Virus record (IMG/VR): IMGVR_UViG_3300033067_000919
Span: 1-28,928 of that record
DNA: 28,928 nt
From: a virus
Lineage: Duplodnaviria; Caudoviricetes
Direction: 5' to 3' (one strand)
Every line of letters starts with the position of its first letter. The stretch's first letter is position 1. The translations under genes were made by a program, and so were the position numbers. Below the pieces are notes generated by a model. The model made no database searches. It had not been told where the DNA came from and was given only the letters and a program-made list of their open reading frames with translations. Of the stretch, positions 17,533 through 25,097 are shown in pieces.

Positions 17533-17799
17533 ATGGGAAATAAGACAGCCAGCACCCCGCAAGATGGGTTTACTCTTGCATTTCAGGAGTTTGTCCGCCG
17601 AACCGAGCCCTCGCGGGCACGCAAGAACGGTCAACTGGTGGACTTTGCCCGTGAAATATCCCGAGTGACAAAACTGGAAATATCCAAACAGCGCGTGTCT
17701 CATTGGCGCAAGTCTGGAATTCCATTGGAGTTCTGCAAGGCCGTGGCCCAACTGACGGGCGTTCCTCGTGAGAAGCTGCGGCCTGACGTTTTCGATTAA
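17533..17799 (+). CDS. Cro/CI-type (YdaS-like) HTH regulator
   Basis: ISKQRVSHWRKSGIP...C..VAQLTGVPREKLRPDVF is typical of Cro/YdaS-like proteins; start at 17533 or 17524. Confidence 0.8.
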   Translation: MGNKTASTPQDGFTLAFQEFVRRTEPSRARKNGQLVDFAREISRVTKLEISKQRVSHWRKSGIPLEFCKAVAQLTGVPREKLRPDVFD

Positions 17800-17816
17800 A
17801 CACAACAGGAGGCCAC

Positions 17817-18578
17817 ATGGCCAAAAAGGCAGTGAAGACGGCGGCTAAAAAAGCCGCCAAAGGCGCGAAGAAATCCACGGCGAAGGCTGTGGCCGAAATC
17901 ATCATGGACCCCGATAAGCGGGCGTTGTTCCTCTCTGACAAAGAGAAATACAAAAAACTGGCGGATGCCGTTGCTTCTGCGTCCGGGAAGCTCCGCGCCC
18001 ATGTCAAGACGATCAAGGCCGACGGGTTCACGATCGATCAAATCAAGGTCGGCATTCAGGTGGAAACGCCGGAAGGCGAGGCCGAGTTGCGTGCTGAGTT
18101 CGAGGCGCTGTTACTGGCCGCTCGATATTCCGGATCGGCTCTTGGGCAGCAGCTTGAATTGTTCTCGACGCCTGACCGGACGCCGGCCGTGGACATCGCC
18201 AAGGACGAAGGCCAGCGGGATTCGATGGAGGGCAAAACAGCCTCCCCGAAATACGATCCGTCCACGCCGCAGCATGCTGCGTATATGCAGGCGTACCATG
18301 ACGAAACGGAACGCCGGGTGAAGGCTGGGTTTTCCAAACTGCCGGAGGACGCCGCCGACAATCCTGTGACGAGGCTGATCCCCAAAGCTGCGAAGGATGC
18401 AGTCAAGGCCAAGGCGGATGCGGCCGAAGCGCGTGCGAAAGCTAGCGTGCCGGCCGCGGTGCCGTCGAGCGTCGGTATGACGCGGACTGAATACATGGCG
18501 GCCGAGCGCGCCAAAAAGGCGCAGGCAAAGGCCGAAGCTGATGCGCTATTCGCGTCAGATGCAAAGGGTTCTGCGTAA
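17817..18578 (+). CDS. GapR/DUF2312-like DNA-binding protein with histone-like N-terminus and RMF-like motif
   Basis: AGGAGG RBS; AKK-rich N-terminus; KLRAHVKTIKADGF.I..IK segment; A.DEG.RDSMEGK...PKY....Q..AYMQAY segment. Confidence 0.55.
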   Translation: MAKKAVKTAAKKAAKGAKKSTAKAVAEIIMDPDKRALFLSDKEKYKKLADAVASASGKLRAHVKTIKADGFTIDQIKVGIQVETPEGEAELRAEFEALLLAARYSGSALGQQLELFSTPDRTPAVDIAKDEGQRDSMEGKTASPKYDPSTPQHAAYMQAYHDETERRVKAGFSKLPEDAADNPVTRLIPKAAKDAVKAKADAAEARAKASVPAAVPSSVGMTRTEYMAAERAKKAQAKAEADALFASDAKGSA

Positions 18579-18602
18579 CCTGTAACCGTGATTGAGACTG
18601 AG

Positions 18603-18629
18603 ATGGCCGGGGAAGTCCCGGCCATTTTC
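18603..18629 (+). terminator. Intrinsic terminator
   Basis: ATGGCCGGG-gaagt-CCCGGCCAT followed by TTTC. Confidence 0.6.
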
Positions 18630-18641
18630 ATGTGAGGGGCC

Positions 18642-19151
18642 ATGAGACTGTTGTGCATTGATCCGGGGTTGTCTGGCGGCATTGCCGTGCTGCTAATCGA
18701 AGGCGGCTACCGCGAAGTACTCCATGCCTGTGACATTCCCACTCGGCCCGACGGGTCAAATCGACAAGTTGATGTGGCTGCCGTCTGCGGTCTGATCGAA
18801 AAATTCAATCCCGACGGGGCTGTGATCGAAAATGTGGGGGCGATGCCGTCCATTCCTGGACCAGACGGCGAGCGCCGGTCGATGGGGGCTGCGTCGTCGT
18901 TCCGGTTCGGGTTTGCCGTGGGCCAGATTCGCGCCGTCTGCGAGTGCTACGGCCTAGATCCGAAACTGATCGTTCCTCGGGTGTGGAAAAATCACTTCGG
19001 CCTCAAGGGCTCTCAGAAAGGCCAATCGCGCGATACGGCGCGCCGATTGTGCCCCAGCGCATTGCCCTTCCTGACGCTGAAAATGCATCACGGGCGCGCT
19101 GAGGCAATCCTGATGGGGTTGTACGTGGCGGATAAGCGGGGAATGCTTTAG
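18642..19151 (+). CDS. ruvC: Phage RuvC-like Holliday junction resolvase
   Basis: CIDPGLSGGIA, VIENV, SSFRFG...G, P.VWK.HFGL, HGRAEAIL. Confidence 0.85.
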   Translation: MRLLCIDPGLSGGIAVLLIEGGYREVLHACDIPTRPDGSNRQVDVAAVCGLIEKFNPDGAVIENVGAMPSIPGPDGERRSMGAASSFRFGFAVGQIRAVCECYGLDPKLIVPRVWKNHFGLKGSQKGQSRDTARRLCPSALPFLTLKMHHGRAEAILMGLYVADKRGML

Positions 19152-19155
19152 CGGC

Positions 19156-20061
19156 CTATTCGGCCGCCACCATCATCTCGCGTCGGAACATATCGTCCTG
19201 CCGCTCGGCGGCTTCCAGATAACGGCATGCGTGTTTGAAGTAGGATTCCTTCAATTCGATGCCCATGAATTTCCGATGAAGCTTCAGGCTGGTGACGCCT
19301 TCCGACCCGATGCCCATGAACGGCGACAGAACGACGTCGCCGGGATTGCTCCACATGGTCACAGCGCGCTCGATCAAGTCGAGTTGCAGCGGACAGAGAT
19401 GCTTCTCGTCCGAACCATCCTTCGCCATTCTCACATTGAGAGTATTGGTCTGGTTGATGTCCATCCAAACAGGAGAAGCCCATTGCTGCCATTGGGATAC
19501 GGGGAAGTTCTCAGGGCGTTGCTCAACTGGTTCGGCATTGTCGCCGGGTTTGCGGAATACCAGAACATAGTCTGCCAGTCCCATGCGGGAGCGGGTGCTG
19601 TCCTTCTTGAGTTGCTTGTAGAGCAATCCTAGGGCCTTGGTGCGCGTCATTTCCACAACCGGATCGCGCCAGACACAAATCCGCGAATGGAAAATCCATC
19701 CTTCGGCCTGATGCAGCCGCACGATGTCGCCGGGGAAGTCCTTGAGGCCGATAACGCCATCCTTCCATTTCGATGACGGCAGGTCCGAACAGTGCACCGC
19801 CGTCAGTCGGCCGGGCTTGGTCAGGCGGTACATCTGGCGAATGAGGAATTGATAGTGGTTGTTGAACTCCTCGTCGGTGGCGCAGTTTCCCATGTCCGCT
19901 TCCGAGTCGGAATAAACGAAGATGTTCTGAAAGGGCGGGCTGTAGATCGAAAATCCGATCGTCTCGTCTTTCATCTGCTTGGTGACTGAAACGCAGTCAC
20001 CATTGTATGCAGCGAAATTGTCGCCAAACGCGGAATCCATGCAGTTAATCAGCTTGCCCAT
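19156..20061 (-). CDS. DNA methyltransferase, N4-C/N6-A beta class
   Basis: SPPF (motif IV) precedes HLCPLQLDLIER and VVLSPFMGIGSEG...GIELK (motif I); start MGKLIN at 20061. Confidence 0.9.
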   Translation of the reverse strand: MGKLINCMDSAFGDNFAAYNGDCVSVTKQMKDETIGFSIYSPPFQNIFVYSDSEADMGNCATDEEFNNHYQFLIRQMYRLTKPGRLTAVHCSDLPSSKWKDGVIGLKDFPGDIVRLHQAEGWIFHSRICVWRDPVVEMTRTKALGLLYKQLKKDSTRSRMGLADYVLVFRKPGDNAEPVEQRPENFPVSQWQQWASPVWMDINQTNTLNVRMAKDGSDEKHLCPLQLDLIERAVTMWSNPGDVVLSPFMGIGSEGVTSLKLHRKFMGIELKESYFKHACRYLEAAERQDDMFRREMMVAAE

Positions 20062-21422
20062 GTCGGAACCTTTGCTTTGTGTTTTTCCAGATACGCCGTG
20101 CGGCGTGAGACTTCCTTGCCGTTCGATCGCATCATAGCCGATCGCATGGCCGCTTTCATCGCGATGTGATCCTTCGATTTCCGGTCGATCACGCGCGCTA
20201 TTGCGTCTTCGCCTTCGGCCACGATCAAATGCACTTCCACCTGACGCCGCTGCCCGAAGCGCCAAAAACGACGAACGGCTTGATACCACGCCTCGTATGA
20301 GAATGATCGGCCGACGAAAGCGGTCCTGGCGCAATGTTGCCAGTTGAGGCCATAACCTGTCAGAGATGGCTTGGTCAGAAGCACCCGCACTGTGCCGTCG
20401 GCGAAAGCTCGCAGCGTTTCCTCTTTCTGGTCTGGCGTGTGGCTCCCGCGGATTTCCCTGATGTCGGGCATGAAATCACGGATCGCGTCGGCCTCGTAAT
20501 CCGTATCAACCCAGATAACCCACGGCTCATTTGGGGACGATGAAACAACGTCAGCAACAGCCTTCGCGCGGCTGGTCGCCGTCTTGCGTTTTACATCATG
20601 GATGCCGGTTGCGGACATGTCCACCATACCGAATAAATCAGCCCCCTTTATCGGGGTGGCCTCGGCATGATGCCGAATGATTTTGAGGGGCGGGAGAATA
20701 AACCCCGTATCGTCTCCACCAAGATCGGACGGCATTTCCGCCATGCGCGACCATGACGCGCACCAATCCCAGAAATCCGTGACGGCATGGCGCTTCAATC
20801 GCCACTCCTGCGATGCGGTCGATGTGTCGTTGATAAACCATCGCATCAGCATTTCCGACGATGGCATAATGCCCAGAAAGTCAGATTGCTGGCCTAGCTC
20901 CATGTGATCGTTCGGGGCCGGCGTCGCTGTCGCCGATAGCCGGAAACGGTGATTTGAAAACGCATCGATGAGTGACTGAGAAACCTTGCCATTAAAGGCT
21001 TTTAGGATGCTCGCCTCGTCCAATGCCACCGATCCAAACGCCGCCGGGTCCAGCTTGTCGAGCCGGTCATAATTGCAGATGTTGATTCCTTCTCTGGCCT
21101 CGGATTTGTCGCGAATGACATGGGCCGGATAGCCCCAGCGTTCGCCCTCCTTGGCGATCTGCCAGCCAACGGACAACGGCGCCAGAATGAGGGCCTTCCC
21201 GTTGGTCGCCTGAGCGGCATGGATGGACCATTCCAGTTCGCACGCTGTCTTGCCTAACCCAGTGGAAAGGAAGTTTCCCGCGTTCCCAACGCGCAATGCA
21301 AATTCAACGCAATGACGCTGGAACGGGAACAAATGAGATGCGAGTTGCGGTATGTTCTGGAGGCCGCATTCTTGAGCGCGGAGGGCCTTGCCAGCGAGAA
21401 AGTCGGCGTATTGCTTGTCCAT
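20049..21422 (-). CDS. SNF2-like superfamily 2 helicase/ATPase
   Basis: TGLGKT, LDEASILK, SATATPAPND, GLNWQH, QAVRRFWRFGQ; GAGGGG RBS before MDKQY. Confidence 0.88.
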   Translation of the reverse strand: MDKQYADFLAGKALRAQECGLQNIPQLASHLFPFQRHCVEFALRVGNAGNFLSTGLGKTACELEWSIHAAQATNGKALILAPLSVGWQIAKEGERWGYPAHVIRDKSEAREGINICNYDRLDKLDPAAFGSVALDEASILKAFNGKVSQSLIDAFSNHRFRLSATATPAPNDHMELGQQSDFLGIMPSSEMLMRWFINDTSTASQEWRLKRHAVTDFWDWCASWSRMAEMPSDLGGDDTGFILPPLKIIRHHAEATPIKGADLFGMVDMSATGIHDVKRKTATSRAKAVADVVSSSPNEPWVIWVDTDYEADAIRDFMPDIREIRGSHTPDQKEETLRAFADGTVRVLLTKPSLTGYGLNWQHCARTAFVGRSFSYEAWYQAVRRFWRFGQRRQVEVHLIVAEGEDAIARVIDRKSKDHIAMKAAMRSAMMRSNGKEVSRRTAYLEKHKAKVPTWAS

Positions 21423-21510
21423 TGATCCCCTCAATTAAACAGGCCCGACGGTTCGCGACGCCGGGCCTGCGATGATTCCCTGTGTTGCTCTCCTGAAGCA
21501 CCCAAGGAAG

Positions 21511-21525
21511 TCAGATACGGATCAT
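21511..21525 (-). other. Four-codon minigene (MIRI*) with strong SD in the helicase leader
   Basis: Minus strand AAAGGAGGT-CCTC-ATG ATC CGT ATC TGA. Confidence 0.5.
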
Positions 21526-21589
21526 GAGGACCTCCTTTGGTTGCGCGTTGAAGCCTGTTCAATACAAGCTCGCGTTGGCGAGTGATTGC

Positions 21590-21629
21590 ATCTTGAACGG
21601 CCACGCGGATAAGTCAAGAGAGATTTTAC
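21590..21629 (-). promoter_or_regulatory. Putative promoter of the helicase-MTase module with overlapping palindrome
   Basis: Minus strand CTTGAC-N17-CAAGAT; GTCAA-gagagat-TTTAC at 21613-21629. Confidence 0.55.
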
Positions 21630-21642
21630 GAATATGGAAATG

Positions 21643-21674
21643 AAAAGCCGCCCGCAGGGTTAGGTGCGGGCGGC
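21643..21674 (-). terminator. Intrinsic terminator on the minus strand
   Basis: 10-bp stem GCCGCCCGCA/TGCGGGCGGC followed by TTTT on the minus strand only. Confidence 0.7.
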
Positions 21675-21945
21675 GGTTAGATCGCAGGCCAGATTGGTTA
21701 CTGGTGCTCTTTCGCCCCGAGGATGCTTTCGCATCCGATGCTCATGCTGGCGTGCTACGTCCTGACGAGGGTTGACCTCGCTCCTGCGAAACTCTTGCTT
21801 GCTGATCGGGCGCTACTCCGGCCCCTATAGGAACGCGCCTGTTAGCCGGCGACGCGCTTTCTATACTTCCTTACGGTTCTCTTGAACAAACGATCAACGC
21901 CGAAGCCTCATCGCCGTCCGCTTCCACCGTCGCAGCAAGCCCCTT
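21643..21945 (-). ncRNA. Candidate structured ncRNA (about 300 nt), family not recognised
   Basis: No credible ORF; two multibranch domains; GAAA and UUCG tetraloops and G-U pairs on the minus strand; ends in a terminator. Confidence 0.55.
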
Positions 21946-22022
21946 CTCAATAGCACGAACGGGCGCGCACGGAATACACAACGGGTTGTGTGTCTCGGAT
22001 CGCGCCGTCTATCCCTAGTGCG

Positions 22023-22052
22023 TTGACGGAAAACATTTTATGGGAGTACAAA
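22023..22052 (+). promoter_or_regulatory. Putative sigma70 promoter for the dnaB transcript
   Basis: TTGACG-N18-TACAAA within an AT-rich patch. Confidence 0.45.
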
Positions 22053-22057
22053 CGCAA

Positions 22058-22467
22058 ACCGCCCCGGCGATGCCGAGGCGGGCGTGATCCGATGATGCTT
22101 GGCGGCCTTCGGAGCAAAAACGTGAACGGCCTTTGATATACGGCCACTCACATTTCGGGTCAAGTTTTGATGCCCGATTTTGTTTCCAAAGCCGCCGAAA
22201 TTCATATGATCCCGATGCCTGCAGGCTGTTGGGTAACGCTCGGTGGTCCCGTCCCATAGAAGCTGCCAGTCATCGAACTGCCCTGAGCCGTGGGGAACGC
22301 AGGTTATTGGACTTGCCCGTTGTCGCTTTCGGACGGCTTTTTCCAGAGAAGATGCCGCGTGGGAGTAATCATCCATGCGGTCCCTAGCGGGGGCCCGGTT
22401 AGTATTCGGCGGTCTTTTGGCCGTTCCTCCTGATAGGGGGCAGAGGTGGTTATCTCTGGAAGAAAGC
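22058..22467 (+). ncRNA. Candidate structured RNA or long 5' leader upstream of dnaB
   Basis: Nested long-range stems with G-U pairs mostly favouring the plus strand; no credible ORF. Confidence 0.5.
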
Positions 22468-22496
22468 GGCTACGCGTGTCTGCATTAAGGTCGAAA

Positions 22497-22586
22497 ATGA
22501 AACAAAATAGCCTGTCTGTGTGCGAGTTTGGTCTGATTGCGGTGCTGGTGATCGTGGTGGTTTTCGCGGCGGGGATTTATGTCTGA
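22497..22586 (+). CDS. 29-aa hydrophobic peptide overlapping the dnaB start
   Basis: TAAGG upstream; MKQNSLSVCEFGLIAVLVIVVVFAAGIYV; its stop overlaps the first dnaB codons. Confidence 0.5.
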   Translation: MKQNSLSVCEFGLIAVLVIVVVFAAGIYV

Positions 22587-23997
22587 CAATCATTCCATCG
22601 AGGCCGAACAGGCTCTTCTCGGCGCGGTGCTGATGAGCAACGCGGCATGGTCGGTGGTTGAAAACCTCGTGTCCGCGCGAGATTTTTTCGAGCCGATGCA
22701 CCGGGATTTGTGGGATGTCGTCGGCAAGCTGATCGGGGCTGGGAAGGTCGCCAATCCGGTTACGGTGCAGCCGTTCATCCCAGCCGATGCCATGGTGGGC
22801 TCGATGACGGTGCGGCAGTACGTCGCCCGGCTGGCGGCGGAAGCCACAACCATTGTGAACGCCCCCGATTATGCGCGGGTTGTCCGGGATTTTTCGCACT
22901 TGCGGGACGTGGCCGGGGTCGGAATGGCCCTGTGCGCGCCAGAGGCGGGCGCTGATGCGTCAGAACTGGCCGGGGAGGCGATTGAGCGGCTGGACGAAAT
23001 AGCGTCCCAGCGGGCCTCTAAAACGTCTCGGGCGGTTTACATGGATGAGGCGGTAACGCGGGCTATTGACGCCGCCGCTAACGCATATGCGCGCGACGGG
23101 GCTATGACGGGCATTCCGTTCGGTCTGCGGGACCTGGATGCGAAGACTTCGGGGGCGCAAGCAGGGGACCTGATAATTTTGGCGGCGCGGCCGTCCATGG
23201 GCAAGTCCGCATTGGCGCTGGGCATTGCGCGGAACATGGCGAAGGCCGGATATGCGGGGGATTTTTACAGCCTCGAAATGGGCGACGTGTCTCTGACGCA
23301 TCGGATGATTTCCGACGAGATGTTTGATTCGGTCCCATTGTCTTATTCGAAAATTCGAAGCGGCCGGTTCAATGAAAGAAATTTCACGTCCATCCGTGAT
23401 GCTGGAAAGGTTGTCGCGGGGTATCCGATCCGAGTGGATCAGGAGCCGGGGCTGATGGTGTCCCAGCTTGGAGCTAGGCTCAGGCAATCGAAGCGGCGGC
23501 GGAATATTCAGTTTGCGATTGTTGATTATCTTGGCCTGATGCGCGCGTCGCAGAGATACGCTGGGAGCAAGGTGAACGAGATCGGCGAAATCACTGCCGG
23601 TTTGAAGGGGCTCGCCAAGGATTTGGAAATCCCGCTGATTGTGCTTGCCCAGCTCTCACGTCAGGTTGAAACTCGGGAGGATAAACGCCCGATCATGAGT
23701 GATTTGCGCGACGCTGGTAGCATTGAGCAAGACGCGGACGTGGTGATGTTCGTCTATCGGGAGGCATACTACCTGCAAGGCCGTGAACCGAAGATTGGCA
23801 CGCCAGAGCATGAAAAATGGAGCGACCAGATGCTTCGCGCGGTGAACGAGATGGATCTTATCATCGCGAAGCAGAGGAACGGCCCTACGGGGTATGTGAA
23901 GCTGTACGCTGACATGGCGTGCAATGCCATCCGGGACGAGGGATGGCGGCGTGGGCAGAACCGTGACGCGCAGTATTTGCCAGAATTGGCGTTCTAA
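22579..23997 (+). CDS. dnaB: Replicative DNA helicase DnaB
   Basis: EAEQALLGA, LIILAARPSMGKS, YSLEM, IVDYLGLM, LAQLSRQVETREDKRP.MSDLRDAGSIEQDAD, AKQRNGPTG. Confidence 0.96.
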   Translation: MSDNHSIEAEQALLGAVLMSNAAWSVVENLVSARDFFEPMHRDLWDVVGKLIGAGKVANPVTVQPFIPADAMVGSMTVRQYVARLAAEATTIVNAPDYARVVRDFSHLRDVAGVGMALCAPEAGADASELAGEAIERLDEIASQRASKTSRAVYMDEAVTRAIDAAANAYARDGAMTGIPFGLRDLDAKTSGAQAGDLIILAARPSMGKSALALGIARNMAKAGYAGDFYSLEMGDVSLTHRMISDEMFDSVPLSYSKIRSGRFNERNFTSIRDAGKVVAGYPIRVDQEPGLMVSQLGARLRQSKRRRNIQFAIVDYLGLMRASQRYAGSKVNEIGEITAGLKGLAKDLEIPLIVLAQLSRQVETREDKRPIMSDLRDAGSIEQDADVVMFVYREAYYLQGREPKIGTPEHEKWSDQMLRAVNEMDLIIAKQRNGPTGYVKLYADMACNAIRDEGWRRGQNRDAQYLPELAF

Positions 23998-24014
23998 TCA
24001 GGGGAGAAAGCGGC

Positions 24015-24605
24015 ATGAAGTGGATCGTCGAGCGCGAGGTGACGGTGATTCGGGCTTACGAGGTGGAGGCGTCTTCCATGGAGGAGGCGCTATGCGCCGA
24101 TCTTCATGCGGAAGTGGTTGACGAGATTGAAATGAAATCGTCGGCAGTTGGCGCGGTGCAGAAATCGAAGTGGAAGCCGCGGGAGCGCAAAAAACGCGCC
24201 TCGCGCGCCGCGGTCCGCGGGACGAGGCTGCCGGCGGATTTTGTGTGCGATATTGATTATGCGGTGCAGCTCGGGATTGCGCGGCGACGGGCTGAAAACG
24301 AGGCGGCCAGATTCCGGGATTATTGGGCTGCCCAGCCGGGCCAGAAGGGCGTCAAGATGGATTGGCCGGCGACATGGCGTAACTGGTGCCGGTCAACAGC
24401 GGAACGTATGGGCGCCGTCCCTGTGCCGTCTGTAGGGCATTCGACAGGTGCCATCGCCATGTCTGTTGACCAATGGCGGCGTGTCATCGATCTATCCCGC
24501 AAAACCGGAAACTGGAATCCGGAATACGGGCCTCCGGTCGGTTCGCCGGGATGCCGGGTGCCGGTTGAGGCTTTGCAATCATCCATGTTTGAGGGGAGGC
24601 CGTAA
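24015..24605 (+). CDS. Protein carrying the C-terminal domain typical of phage replication initiators
   Basis: RGTRLPADF...FRDYWAAQPGQKGVKMDWPATWRNW, then WNPEYGPPVGSPGCRVP; adjacent to dnaB. Confidence 0.65.
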   Translation: MKWIVEREVTVIRAYEVEASSMEEALCADLHAEVVDEIEMKSSAVGAVQKSKWKPRERKKRASRAAVRGTRLPADFVCDIDYAVQLGIARRRAENEAARFRDYWAAQPGQKGVKMDWPATWRNWCRSTAERMGAVPVPSVGHSTGAIAMSVDQWRRVIDLSRKTGNWNPEYGPPVGSPGCRVPVEALQSSMFEGRP

Positions 24606-24817
24606 TGTTGATTGATCGAAAAACTCTAGGTCAGCATGATATTTCCGTGCGCGCGGTTGGCGGGCGCAAATATCTGGCGATCGGTGACGGCGGTAACGTT
24701 GTCGGGGTTTGCCGGTTGGCGGATGACGAGGGCCAAGCGGCTCGGCAAATCGAGAGGGCAATTTGCCGGCTTCAAGATGAAACAATAACGGTTTCTGTCG
24801 GGATGGAGGGGGTATGA
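24605..24817 (+). CDS. Hypothetical protein
   Basis: 70 aa, TAATG-coupled, GGAGG RBS. Confidence 0.6.
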   Translation: MLIDRKTLGQHDISVRAVGGRKYLAIGDGGNVVGVCRLADDEGQAARQIERAICRLQDETITVSVGMEGV

Positions 24818-25044
24818 TGATGGACCAGCCTCGCTCGGATTTGTATGGCGCTGTGCAGCATGAGCGTTCACTGCCATGGCCCCAGGATATGAGGATCGTC
24901 GCCACATGGCCGGATGGTTCTACGACGGAATTCGCGGTTTCTGCGGCGCAGTTCTATGGACATGAAACGGGTGCCCCGCTTGGCGCGGCTGCGCTGCTCG
25001 GAGCCATGGAAAGGCTTGCCCGGTCTGGCCCTTCCAGAAAATAA
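24814..25044 (+). CDS. Hypothetical protein
   Basis: 76 aa, ATGA-coupled, GGAGG RBS. Confidence 0.6.
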   Translation: MMMDQPRSDLYGAVQHERSLPWPQDMRIVATWPDGSTTEFAVSAAQFYGHETGAPLGAAALLGAMERLARSGPSRK

Positions 25045-25056
25045 AACGGCGAGATT

Positions 25057-25097
25057 GTAAAATATCGTTTGACACAAAGTGGGGCGTATGGGAGGGT
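25057..25097 (+). promoter_or_regulatory. Putative promoter of the accessory operon with overlapping palindrome
   Basis: GTAAA-atatcgt-TTGAC at 25057-25073 containing TTGACA; the -10 element is weak. Confidence 0.5.

Noticed and set aside
20062-20334. 91-aa N-terminal extension of the N4/N6 MTase, or a frameshift fusion with the helicase
   Set aside because: The extension overlaps the helicase coding region and looks like shadow sequence. An ATG at 20061 gives a normal short overlap, and I found no convincing slippery site with a stimulatory structure.
21762-21795. Hammerhead ribozyme (CTGACGA...CGAAAC on the plus strand)
   Set aside because: The core words are present, but stem II does not close properly and no convincing stem I/III with an NUH site was found. 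The region folds better on the minus strand.
22225-22260. HDV-like ribozyme fragments (TGGGTAAC, GGTCCC)
   Set aside because: The elements are not in the order needed for the nested double pseudoknot.
21947-22387. Short ORFs in the non-coding region (66-112 aa, both strands)
   Set aside because: No RBS, mutually overlapping, atypical composition; the region is better explained by RNA structure.
21640-22470. tRNA, tmRNA or group I/II intron
   Set aside because: No cloverleaf with T-loop GTTC, no tag ORF, no recognisable intron catalytic domain, and no interrupted flanking gene.
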